A stretch of 23,443 bases of DNA, from contig JBKBOT010000023.1 of the NCBI GenBank assembly GCA_046293555.1, forward strand, positions 1 to 23,443, in the 5' to 3' direction. The translations under genes and the position numbers were made by a program. The DNA comes from Pyrobaculum sp. Its GTDB lineage: Archaea; Thermoproteota; Thermoprotei; Thermoproteales; Thermoproteaceae. The notes below the pieces were generated by a model. That model searched no databases. It was not told the origin of the DNA and saw only the letters and a program-made list of their open reading frames with translations. Position 1 is the stretch's first letter. The number at the start of each line of letters is the position of its first letter. Shown piece after piece: positions 1 through 8,325 of the stretch.

Positions 1-174
1 GTAAAGGAGGTGGCGATAAGCCACCACCCAGATATAGAGATACATTACGACAGGGTGACGCTTGTTGCCACCACCCACGACGCGGGCAACGTGGTGACCG
101 AAAAGGATAGGCTTCTCGCAGAAGAGGTGGCTAAAATATACCAAAGGTGGAGGGCCGAGGGGAGGGCGCCCTAG
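1..174 (+). CDS. Pterin-4-alpha-carbinolamine dehydratase (PCD/PhhB family), 5'-truncated by window edge
   Basis: Manual translation of frame 1: VKEVAISHHPDIEIHYDRVTLVATTHDAGNVVTEKDRLLAEEV...RAP*. HHPDI and THDAG..T.KD are PCD signatures. TAG at 172-174. Confidence 0.85.
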   Translation, partial: VKEVAISHHPDIEIHYDRVTLVATTHDAGNVVTEKDRLLAEEVAKIYQRWRAEGRAP

Positions 175-219
175 ATGGCGACGTTGTTAATAGATTTATA
201 GCAATTTTTTTATTCTGGT

Positions 220-1125
220 GTGAAGTTGTATATTAACTTAGATCTACCCAGCGAGGTGGAAGAGGCTTTACGTAATAAATTTGTCGTCGTGCGGCATGGG
301 GATCTTTCCGACGTTGAGGTGGCACTAGTGGCTAAGCTCACCCCAGAGGAGCTACAGAAGATGCCTAGGCTTAGGTTTATACAGGTGGTGACCGCCGGCC
401 TTGACCACCTGCCGTGGGAACACATACCGCCACACGTAGTCGTCGCGGGGAACGCTGGGTCTAACGCAGATGCCGTCGCTGAATTTGCCCTGGCTCTTCT
501 CCTTGCGGCATATAAGAGGGTTATACAATATGGAGAAAAAATGAGACGTGGAGACTACAGCCGCGACGTGGCCATACCGCCACTAGTGGGTCGCAAGGCT
601 GCCGTGTTGGGGCTGGGGGAGATCGGCAGTAGGGTAGCCAGGGTGTTATCTATACTGGGAGCAGAGGTGTGGGGTTTCGCCAGAACTCCCAGAGAGGGGC
701 CTTGGCGGTTTACTAACAGCCTTGAGGAGGCTCTTGTCGACACATCTGCGGCCGTGTGTGCGTTGCCGCTAAATAAACACACGAGAGGAATTGTGAGATA
801 TAGACACCTGGCCCTCATGAAGAGAGATGCCGTCTTTGTCAACGTGGGCCGGGCGGAGGTGGTAGATCGCGACGATTTACTTAAACTTTTAAAGGAAAGG
901 CCGTCGTTTATTTACGCCAGCGACGTGTGGTGGAGCCGTGGGGAGTTTCACAAAGATGCCGAATTTTACACGTTGCCCAACGTGGTGGCGACGCCTTGGG
1001 TAGCCGGGGGTTACGGCAGTGAGGAGGTGTGGAGAAAGATGGTGTTAGACGCCGTGGGGAACCTAACGCTCTGGGCGCAGGGAGGGCGCCCGAGAAATGT
1101 GGCCCGTCGGGAGGACTATGTATGA
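220..1125 (+). CDS. D-isomer-specific 2-hydroxyacid dehydrogenase family, NAD(P)-binding
   Basis: AGLDH, NAGSNADAVAE, GLGEIG Rossmann motif, LPLNKHT, VNVGR. GTG start. Confidence 0.9.
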   Translation: MKLYINLDLPSEVEEALRNKFVVVRHGDLSDVEVALVAKLTPEELQKMPRLRFIQVVTAGLDHLPWEHIPPHVVVAGNAGSNADAVAEFALALLLAAYKRVIQYGEKMRRGDYSRDVAIPPLVGRKAAVLGLGEIGSRVARVLSILGAEVWGFARTPREGPWRFTNSLEEALVDTSAAVCALPLNKHTRGIVRYRHLALMKRDAVFVNVGRAEVVDRDDLLKLLKERPSFIYASDVWWSRGEFHKDAEFYTLPNVVATPWVAGGYGSEEVWRKMVLDAVGNLTLWAQGGRPRNVARREDYV

Positions 1126-1143
1126 ACGTCACGTGACGCCTAG

Positions 1144-1386
1144 GTGATGGAGCCAGACGTCTCGGCCGCGATGTTGAGAAGAGTAGAGGAGCTACAACGT
1201 CTCGCCGACAGTGTGGCGGAACATCATCCATACTGGCCTTTGTTACACTTCTTGCTACAGCTAGTGGCTAGAGTAGTTGAGAAGTGGCGTGACGGCTTTA
1301 CAGAGGAGGAGCTGGAAGAAGTTAGGTGGCTTGTGGAGAAGATTAAAGACGCCGTGGATAGGCTAGGTCAGTCCCGACAGGATTGA
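1144..1386 (+). CDS. Hypothetical small helical protein (80 aa)
   Basis: Amphipathic helical ORF directly after the dehydrogenase, same strand, plausible codon usage. Start GTG1144 or ATG1147. Confidence 0.7.
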   Translation: MMEPDVSAAMLRRVEELQRLADSVAEHHPYWPLLHFLLQLVARVVEKWRDGFTEEELEEVRWLVEKIKDAVDRLGQSRQD

Positions 1387-1423
1387 CCTCATTAACGTCA
1401 GAGGCGGCACACCACATCATCAA
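1368..1423 (-). ncRNA. Box C/D methylation guide sRNA
   Basis: Minus strand reads UGAUGA(C)-UGUGGUGUGCCGCCU-CUGA(D')-CGU-UAAUGA(C')-GGUCAAUCCUGUCGGGA-CUGA(D), ~56 nt, with its own TATA box upstream. Confidence 0.88.
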
Positions 1424-1440
1424 TAGGGCTGTTCCCCTCT

Positions 1441-1458
1441 GTTTTTATAACTTCTCTC
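1441..1458 (-). promoter_or_regulatory. BRE/TATA promoter of the box C/D sRNA
   Basis: Minus strand GAGAGAAG-TTATAAAAAC, ~20-27 nt upstream of the C box. Confidence 0.6.
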
Positions 1459-1650
1459 GTCTGGGTGGCGAGGCTGTGAAGGCTTAGGAGGCGTGTAAGA
1501 GACTTAGGCTGTTGTCTATCGAGATGTAAATTCTCCTGTTGGTAGCTGTGGGGCGATGCCCCGACAACATGCCCAAGGGCCTCATGCCGTTAGGCCCAAC
1601 GCCCTATGAAAAGAACTGGACATAAAGGCGTCACATCCGGGGACAAGATT

Positions 1651-3057
1651 CTACCTCCCGTATAGCTTTGCCAGTTTTTTGAGCCTCCTCCAGACGCCAG
1701 CCGGCGGGCGGGTTTTAAGTCTCCACCTCCAGTTCCCCTCTGCGGTCCCCGGCTTATTCATCCTGGCCTCTTCCCCCAGCCCCAGCACGTCTTGCATAGG
1801 TATGATAGCCACATCTGCTACAGACATATAGGCGAGTTTTATAAAACACCAATTCACCTCGTCCCTACAGCTGGAATATGTCAGGAACTCTCTCCTGGCC
1901 TTGGGGGATGCCTCTTTTAAAAACCACCCCACGGCAGTGTTGTTATCATGTGTGCCTGTATATACAAGAGAGTTTTTCACATGGTTGTGGGGCTTGTGGG
2001 GGTTCGCCGGATTTCCATCCCAGGCGAACTGTAGGACTTTCATACCTGGGATCCCTAACGTATCTCTAAGTGTCACCACATCTTGCGTTATGTAGCCTAA
2101 ATCCTCTGCAATTAACCTATCTAGCCCCAACGCCTCCTGGACCTTTTTGAATAGCCTCCCGCCCGGGCCCGGCGTCCATTTACCCCGTACCGCCGTCTTT
2201 TCCCCCCACGGCACCTCCCAGTAGGCCACATACCCCCTGAAGTGATCTAACCTCACGTAGTTAACAACAGAGAGAAGGTATCTCAGCCTCTCGATCCACC
2301 ACCTGTATTGATCCCTCTCGACGGCCTCCCAGTTAAATACCGGGTTTCCCCACAGCTGTCCGGTGGGGGAGAAGTAGTCAGGAGGCACGCCGGCCATGTA
2401 GTCTGGCCGGCCCTCTGTTATTTTGAAGTACTCTCTATGCCGCCAGGCCTCCACGCTGTCTAAATTTAGATACATGGGGAGATCCCCTATTATAAACACG
2501 CCGCGGGAGTTGGCGTAACGTTTCAACTCAGCCCACTGGCTCCAGAATACAAATTGTGCAAATTTGAAAAACTCCACCCGTTGTTGGGGTATCTTGACCT
2601 CTTTAGGCCAGTTAGGCCAGGGGCCGTATCTCTCCCTCAGGGCCATATACACCGCGTAGTCTTCTAGCCACTGGGCAGCCTCCTTAAAGGCCCTATAGTC
2701 CGCCAGCTTTTTGCCTTTTTTAAACGCCTTAGCTAAGGCCCTGCCTTTTATCTCCCACGCCTTGATGTAATCCACGCGGTCTGTAGGCTCACATTGGGGC
2801 GTGACGTCTAGGAGCTTGTCTTCAGCTAGCTTGTCCAAACTAATTAGGACTGGATCTCCCGCATAGCTAGAGACGGCGTTGTAGGGAGAGTTGCCGTATT
2901 CGGGAAGAGTGTGGTTAATTGGCAAGATCTGCCAGTAGGTCTGTTCCGCGTCTATGAGGCTGTCTACAAATTTGTAAGCCTCTGGGCCCAAGTCGCCCAC
3001 ATGACAGCCGCCTGGAAGGGAGACTATGTGTAATAAGATGCCGGCGCCCCTTAACAC
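1651..3057 (-). CDS. malQ: 4-alpha-glucanotransferase (amylomaltase, GH77)
   Basis: GILLH..SLP, YWQILP, SPY, IIGDLP, GVPPDYFS.TGQLWGNP, RLDHFRG, AEDLG, YTGTHDN, MNKPG. Confidence 0.97.
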   Translation of the reverse strand: MLRGAGILLHIVSLPGGCHVGDLGPEAYKFVDSLIDAEQTYWQILPINHTLPEYGNSPYNAVSSYAGDPVLISLDKLAEDKLLDVTPQCEPTDRVDYIKAWEIKGRALAKAFKKGKKLADYRAFKEAAQWLEDYAVYMALRERYGPWPNWPKEVKIPQQRVEFFKFAQFVFWSQWAELKRYANSRGVFIIGDLPMYLNLDSVEAWRHREYFKITEGRPDYMAGVPPDYFSPTGQLWGNPVFNWEAVERDQYRWWIERLRYLLSVVNYVRLDHFRGYVAYWEVPWGEKTAVRGKWTPGPGGRLFKKVQEALGLDRLIAEDLGYITQDVVTLRDTLGIPGMKVLQFAWDGNPANPHKPHNHVKNSLVYTGTHDNNTAVGWFLKEASPKARREFLTYSSCRDEVNWCFIKLAYMSVADVAIIPMQDVLGLGEEARMNKPGTAEGNWRWRLKTRPPAGVWRRLKKLAKLYGR

Positions 3058-3063
3058 ATGTGT

Positions 3064-3495
3064 TTAGAGGCTGAACTCAACCATGCCAGCTGTGGTGGAT
3101 TGAGCTAAAACCTCCTCGTCGATCTCTATGCTGTAATACACCTCTGCGGTGTAGACATAGTTATTCCCCTCCTCGCCTGTGGGGGTCTTTGGTATTTTGG
3201 CGTCCATTATAGCTCTCCCCCGCGCCTGTCCGTCTTTCAGAAGTGGTATCTCAAGTCTGGCTCTCACCGCCTCTCCCCCAGTCTCGACGGCCCACTCCTT
3301 TTGCCCAATTTCGAGGCCGTAGTCGGCGGCGTAGATTTGTACCAACTTGTTAAAATTAGAGCCGCTTTCGTCAAGAACAACCGAAAGGCCGGCCTCTCTA
3401 GGCCATCTCTCCAGTTTTTTCGCCCGTGTCTGCTCGTCAGCGCCTCTGGAGATCCTTATGGGTATTTCTACCCTCCTGTCGTAAACTTTGTACAT
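3064..3495 (-). CDS. Conserved-looking hypothetical protein (~143 aa); start likely ATG3495 (or GTG3501), not 3723
   Basis: The upstream part of the 219-aa ORF is antisense to the regulator gene. TATA (TTTTTATATT on minus, ~3514-3523) lies ~20-28 nt before 3495. Only 6 bp from malQ, so probably co-transcribed. Confidence 0.75.
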   Translation of the reverse strand: MYKVYDRRVEIPIRISRGADEQTRAKKLERWPREAGLSVVLDESGSNFNKLVQIYAADYGLEIGQKEWAVETGGEAVRARLEIPLLKDGQARGRAIMDAKIPKTPTGEEGNNYVYTAEVYYSIEIDEEVLAQSTTAGMVEFSL

Positions 3496-3511
3496 AGCCA
3501 CTTGAGTCTCC

Positions 3512-3546
3512 GTAATATAAAAACGTTGTGACAAGTTTTTATTTAC
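3512..3546. promoter_or_regulatory. Quasi-palindromic divergent promoter (back-to-back TATA boxes around TTGTGACAA)
   Basis: GTAA-T-ATAAAAAC-G-TTGTGACAA-GTTTTTAT-TTAC between the starts at 3495(-) and 3563(+). Confidence 0.6.
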
Positions 3547-3562
3547 AGGTGGAATTAACTGT

Positions 3563-4261
3563 GTGAACTTAGAAAAGGTTTTATCTGCGGTAAGGGCCCT
3601 TGTGGCGCGGGAGCTCGTCAAGAGGGGGCTTAGCGTAAACGAGACCGCGAGAGTTTTAGGCCTCACCCCCGCCGCGGTGTCTATGTACGTCAGTGGGAAG
3701 AGGGGAGGCGAGCTTGTCGACAAGCTGGCTAAAGACGAGAGAGTTATGGCGCTTGTTAAAAGCCAATGTGAGGTAATTATAGATATGGCTAAGAGGGGGG
3801 CGAGAGGCGGCGTGGATTTAACCGAGTTGGCAAAAGTGGTGAGTAATATAATATCTCAGAAACAGCCCCAAGCCGGGCTCGAGGAGGTTATAAAAGAGCG
3901 TATTAGGATAGAACAGGAGACCGCCAGTAGGGCTATGGCGTATTCATATAGGACTCGAAACCCCCTCGTTAGGTCTCTCTTCATGCAGATAGCCGCCGAT
4001 AGCCTGCGCCATGCCGAGATACTTACGGCTATTCTAGACTACCTTGCGGGTAGGCTTAAGGCAGAAGACATAGGCGTGACAGAAGAGGAGCTACAGACGT
4101 TAACACAAGAGGAGTACTCAATGAGGGAGAGCATTGCGGAGCTCTATAGAGTGGTGGAGCCTGTAGTTAGGGCTTTGATACTTTCTATCGAGCTAGACGA
4201 ACAGAAACACTACCAGCTAGTGAAATCTCTTCAGATGGCTGCCAGCCGCGAGTCTGGTTAA
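3563..4261 (+). CDS. HTH (XRE-like) transcriptional regulator fused to a C-terminal ferritin-like domain
   Basis: N-term GLSVNETARVLGLTPAAVSMYVSGKRG HTH. C-term four-helix bundle with E..E, DSLRH and E..M, DEQKH motifs. Confidence 0.82.
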   Translation: MNLEKVLSAVRALVARELVKRGLSVNETARVLGLTPAAVSMYVSGKRGGELVDKLAKDERVMALVKSQCEVIIDMAKRGARGGVDLTELAKVVSNIISQKQPQAGLEEVIKERIRIEQETASRAMAYSYRTRNPLVRSLFMQIAADSLRHAEILTAILDYLAGRLKAEDIGVTEEELQTLTQEEYSMRESIAELYRVVEPVVRALILSIELDEQKHYQLVKSLQMAASRESG

Positions 4262-5431
4262 CACAACTCTCGCCAGCTCTCTCTTGTGGGCTGGCCCTAG
4301 TCTCTCCACGCCGCCTCTAGTGACCACGATGTACTCGTCTCTTGGCGTGCCGAAACCCATCTGGGAGACGTCATGTGCGAGCGCCATCTCCCAGCCGCCT
4401 TCTAACAGCCTCTCTCTGGCCTTTGAGATTATCTCTTCTTCTTTTAGCTTAAACTCTGCCTTAAACCCTACAACTACCGCCTCTGGATTTAACCTTTTTA
4501 CATCTTGCGCGATCTTGGGGGCGCGACGTAGCGACACTTGGTGTCGCTCTAGAGAGCTGTCTAGCTTCCCCCCCGCCTTTCTCTCCACATAAAAATCTAG
4601 AGGCGCCGCGGCGAATATAAACACTTGGTGTTCTCTAGCCCTCTTGGCTACTTCTTCATACATTTCTAGCACGGAGGTGACTCTCACCACCTCTACGCCC
4701 GGCGGGGGCCTCAGGCCGGTGGGGCCTGTGACTAACGTAACTTGGGCGCCTCTGGCCTTGGCCTCCCTGGCGAAATAGTATCCAGTCAAGCCGCTGCTGG
4801 GGGTGGTAACATACTTGATGTCGTCTATGTACTCTCTAGTAGGCCCCGCAGTTACTAAAACCCCCACACCAGAGTAGTCGGCAGGCGCCGTGGCGTCTAT
4901 GGCGAACTCTACAACTTCCTCCACCGGGGGGTATTTGGCCTTTCCCTCTTCTATCATGGGTTCTACTATTGTTGCATATCTGCTAAGCCTTTCTAACGCC
5001 TCTCTTACCTGTGGGGTATCCCACATCGAGAGATTCATGGCGGGTACCACCACCTTTTTCGCCTGTGATGCGGCTAGGAGACATGTCAACGCGGCGTTGT
5101 CAGCAATTCCAATAGACATCTTAGCTATCGTGTTGGCTGTAGCTGGCGCCACTATCGCCACGTCGGCCTTGGCGCATATCTCAACATGTTCTGCACCCCC
5201 AGTGAGGGCGGCTACAGGCTTGTTGCCAGTAGCCCAGTGGAACAAATCTGGCGACACCAAACGAGCCGCCTTGGGCGTCATAAACACATGTACGTCTCCG
5301 CCATGTCTTATCAAAAGCCGTGCCAAGTCTATAGATCTGTATAGAGATACGCCGGAGGATACAATCAAGACGACTTTTCGTCCTTGTAGAAGCCCGCTGT
5401 AAGACCCCCTTATGGCCTCAACTTCAGACAC
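4217..5431 (-). CDS. coaBC: Bifunctional phosphopantothenoylcysteine decarboxylase/synthetase
   Basis: APATANTIAK, PAMN..MW, VLVTAGPTREYID, SSG.TG, FAAA..DF, VVGFKAE. Confidence 0.95.
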   Translation of the reverse strand: MSEVEAIRGSYSGLLQGRKVVLIVSSGVSLYRSIDLARLLIRHGGDVHVFMTPKAARLVSPDLFHWATGNKPVAALTGGAEHVEICAKADVAIVAPATANTIAKMSIGIADNAALTCLLAASQAKKVVVPAMNLSMWDTPQVREALERLSRYATIVEPMIEEGKAKYPPVEEVVEFAIDATAPADYSGVGVLVTAGPTREYIDDIKYVTTPSSGLTGYYFAREAKARGAQVTLVTGPTGLRPPPGVEVVRVTSVLEMYEEVAKRAREHQVFIFAAAPLDFYVERKAGGKLDSSLERHQVSLRRAPKIAQDVKRLNPEAVVVGFKAEFKLKEEEIISKARERLLEGGWEMALAHDVSQMGFGTPRDEYIVVTRGGVERLGPAHKRELARVVLTRLAAGSHLKRFH

Positions 5432-6290
5432 GTTTTCTATATATTGGCAGATTCATGAGGCCTACATGTGTACGCCCTGTATAAAACAGGGTTGTGACCC
5501 CCCTCTCCTTCAGCCTCCTGTCTATCTCCTCTGCGGCTAGGGCGTGGGGGTCATAACTCAAAGACCCCATGATGTAATTTACGGCATAGCCGAAAGAAGG
5601 TATCCAACAGCTATACTCCGCCACTATGGGGAAGTTCTGCCGTACGCCGTCTAACACCCAGTCGTATGACTCAGGGAAGTAAAAACTGTTTCCCGCTTGT
5701 GTCACCACGATGCCGCCGCCGTTGAGAATTTTCCTTATTTTTCCAAAAAACTCTCTTGTATATAGCTGTCTAGCTATTTCAGAGGCGTATGGGTCCGTCA
5801 GGTCCATAATCACCACGTCGTACTTCTCCCCCTTCTTGACGGCATCTTCCACATAGACCAATCCATCCCCTATTACCACCACAGCTCTGGGGTCGTCAAA
5901 TGCGCCTTGATGCATCCTAGGTAGGTACTCCCTGGAGGTAGACACCACGTCGCCATCTATATCTACCATAACGGCACGAGAGACCGTCTTGTGTTTTAAC
6001 ACTTCCCTCAAGGTGGCGCCCTCACCTCCACCTAAGATCAACACCTCCCGTGGGTTTATATGTGTGGAGAGAGCTGGATGTACCAGAGATTCGTGGTAGT
6101 AATGCTCGTCGTGGTAAGAAGACTGGATGTATTCATCCAGAATTAACGCCCTGCCGTAATCCTCGGTATCTACAATTATGATCTCTTGGTATGGAGACCT
6201 CTTTACTACCAGCACCTTGTTTATCTTTACTATTAGCGAGGTGTTTCCACTTAGCGGCTCTATGAGAGATATGGGGCCTGGGGTCTTCAT
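5424..6290 (-). CDS. speE: Polyamine aminopropyltransferase (spermidine synthase family)
   Basis: SPYQEI, YHESLVHP, VLILGGGEGATLRE, VDID, YDVVIMDLTDP. Confidence 0.95.
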   Translation of the reverse strand: MKTPGPISLIEPLSGNTSLIVKINKVLVVKRSPYQEIIIVDTEDYGRALILDEYIQSSYHDEHYYHESLVHPALSTHINPREVLILGGGEGATLREVLKHKTVSRAVMVDIDGDVVSTSREYLPRMHQGAFDDPRAVVVIGDGLVYVEDAVKKGEKYDVVIMDLTDPYASEIARQLYTREFFGKIRKILNGGGIVVTQAGNSFYFPESYDWVLDGVRQNFPIVAEYSCWIPSFGYAVNYIMGSLSYDPHALAAEEIDRRLKERGVTTLFYTGRTHVGLMNLPIYRKRV

Positions 6291-6299
6291 CCAGGTCTG

Positions 6300-8003
6300 T
6301 TATGTCTCTCTTTTAAAATTCTCTATAAATTTCACCACTGCCGTATATACACGTACGCGGTTTTCTACCTTCGTGATGCCGTGCCCCTCGTCTGGCAGTA
6401 TGATTACCTCCACATGTCTCCCCAACTCTCTAAGCCGTTGGGCTAACTGCTCGGCTTCATAAACTGGCACCCTGATGTCATTAGCCCCGTGTACTATCAT
6501 TAACGGCGCCTTTATTTTCTCCACATGTGCCGCCGGACTTAGCTGGTAGAGAAGCTCCTTGTTTTCAAGCGGCCCGTATTCCGCCTCTCTGTATTTTCTA
6601 CGCCACGGAGCGGTTCTCTCTAGAAAGGTGACGAGGTTAAATATCCCCACTATCTCTACCCCACATGCCCACAGCTCTGGGGCGGTGGCTAGCGCCATTA
6701 GGGTTAGATATCCGCCGTAAGACCCGCCTAGCGCGCAGGGCTTGTCTCTAGCTATTCCAGACTCATGGAGCCATTTCACAAAAGCCTCCACATCTCTGAT
6801 GGCGTCCCACCGCCTTTCTCTATCGTCTAGGTGGACAAAAGACTTGCCGAAACCCGTGCTCCCCCTATAGTTAGGCGCCGCCACCAGAAAGCCGGATATC
6901 AACAACGCCAAGACCAGCGGCTTGAGTTCTGGCCTATCCTGGCTCTCCGGGCCGCCGTGTAGATATACCACAGTCCCCCGCGGCTCTCCGGGCGGGTAGT
7001 AGAGATTTGCCTGTATTTTCCTCCCGTCGTGACTTATGTAATATGTGGACTTAGGCTCTGGTATTTTATCAAGCGGTGTCCTATACTTGGGGCTGTTGGT
7101 AAGCTGTCTAACTACCCCATCTGTGTAGACATATACCTCGTGGCCCTTATTTATTGAAGATAGGGAAAACAACAGCCTGCCATATCTATACTGTAGAGAG
7201 GTTATAACCCCCCTAGGCGTCACGATCTTGTGGGTGAGGCCAGAGGGTAGATGCATGTGGTAAAGCCCGGAGTTCCCCTCCTCGTTTACCACAAACGCCA
7301 TGTAGTTACCCCACACGTCAAAAAACTCCACATTTCGATCTAGCTGAACTATATATTTCCAGTTGCCAGTAGTTAAATCCATTACTGCAATACCTGTATA
7401 CTCCCAGTCGATATTTGACAAAAACATTAACTTCCCATCTATATATTTGGGAGAGTAGTTTAAAGCCTCCCCGGCGTGTTTTGTGAGCTCTTTAACCTCG
7501 CCATCTTTATACAAAAGTATTGTGCTATCTAGGTTACTCTCGTAGTGAGTTATAAAGAGGCCAGCTTCAGACCACTCCTCTACAGTATTGATGCCAGACA
7601 GCTGTACGGCCTTCTCTACCTCCCCATCGTAGATATACACGCTAAAGTTCTGCGGGTCGTCTCGAGAAGAGGTAAACGCCAGTTTTCTCCCGTCGGGAGA
7701 CCACACGCCTAATGTATTCACGCCTTCTGTAGAGACTGGCTTCATGTCTCCATCTACCAAATAAATCCTCCACTTCTCGTCTCCGTTGATGTCACAAGCC
7801 GCGGCGACTACGCCGTTTTGAGAAATTCTGTAATCTGACACCCGCCCCTCCCATGGCACCACCACGTCGTGAGTCAAACCGTCGAATTGCCATAACTGCA
7901 TCGACCCCGTGACGTCACTTATGTAATACACCTCCCCCCTAGGTCCGGCTCTGGGGAGCGTGGCAGAGCGTATAGATAACGTCTTTTTAACTAGAATCTC
8001 CAT
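6300..8003 (-). CDS. S9 family peptidase (acylaminoacyl/prolyl oligopeptidase), beta-propeller + hydrolase
   Basis: WSPDG, HGGP, NYRGSTGFG, GGSYGG nucleophile, HGANDIRV, DEGH. Confidence 0.95.
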   Translation of the reverse strand: MEILVKKTLSIRSATLPRAGPRGEVYYISDVTGSMQLWQFDGLTHDVVVPWEGRVSDYRISQNGVVAAACDINGDEKWRIYLVDGDMKPVSTEGVNTLGVWSPDGRKLAFTSSRDDPQNFSVYIYDGEVEKAVQLSGINTVEEWSEAGLFITHYESNLDSTILLYKDGEVKELTKHAGEALNYSPKYIDGKLMFLSNIDWEYTGIAVMDLTTGNWKYIVQLDRNVEFFDVWGNYMAFVVNEEGNSGLYHMHLPSGLTHKIVTPRGVITSLQYRYGRLLFSLSSINKGHEVYVYTDGVVRQLTNSPKYRTPLDKIPEPKSTYYISHDGRKIQANLYYPPGEPRGTVVYLHGGPESQDRPELKPLVLALLISGFLVAAPNYRGSTGFGKSFVHLDDRERRWDAIRDVEAFVKWLHESGIARDKPCALGGSYGGYLTLMALATAPELWACGVEIVGIFNLVTFLERTAPWRRKYREAEYGPLENKELLYQLSPAAHVEKIKAPLMIVHGANDIRVPVYEAEQLAQRLRELGRHVEVIILPDEGHGITKVENRVRVYTAVVKFIENFKRET

Positions 8004-8067
8004 GTCGGTACCAAATGGGGGAATTAAATCTTACAGTTTCTTATAAAACGGTAGAAATTATGTGAAG

Positions 8068-8310
8068 ATGTCGTATTACATCTCGGCGTTGTTATACTAT
8101 ATATACAAGAAGAAGTTCGAAAAAGGCCTATTGGTGGCCATTAGGACGCGGGAGATCTGTGGTACAGACAAACGTTGTTCTTGGTACCTCCGCGAAGTTA
8201 TGTTATATATAGAGGGAAGGGGGCTCGCCAGGAGGTATAAGAGGGGGGTATACCTAATAGAGAGAAAGGCCCTCGATAGAGTCATCGCCACGGTAAGAGA
8301 TATAAAGTAG
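8068..8310 (+). CDS. Small basic hypothetical protein, probable winged-helix DNA-binding
   Basis: TTATAAAA at 8041-8048 precedes ATG8068. Basic 80-aa product with a helix-helix-wing pattern (GLARRYKRGVYLI). Confidence 0.65.
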   Translation: MSYYISALLYYIYKKKFEKGLLVAIRTREICGTDKRCSWYLREVMLYIEGRGLARRYKRGVYLIERKALDRVIATVRDIK

Positions 8311-8325
8311 CTAGACTATAGAAAT

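Noticed and set aside
1127-1138. Perfect 12-bp palindrome CGTCACGTGACG
   Set aside because: Several 12-bp palindromes are expected by chance in 23 kb, and there is no promoter context.
3496-3723. N-terminal extension of the 219-aa ORF
   Set aside because: It is antisense to the HTH gene and spans the promoter. The real start is near 3495.
4217-4261. Convergent 3' overlaps (also 16737-16792, 21621-21634)
   Set aside because: Routine in compact Thermoproteales genomes.
4925-4970. CoaBC lacks the bacterial catalytic-Cys clamp (has EEGKAK)
   Set aside because: Known feature of archaeal CoaBC.
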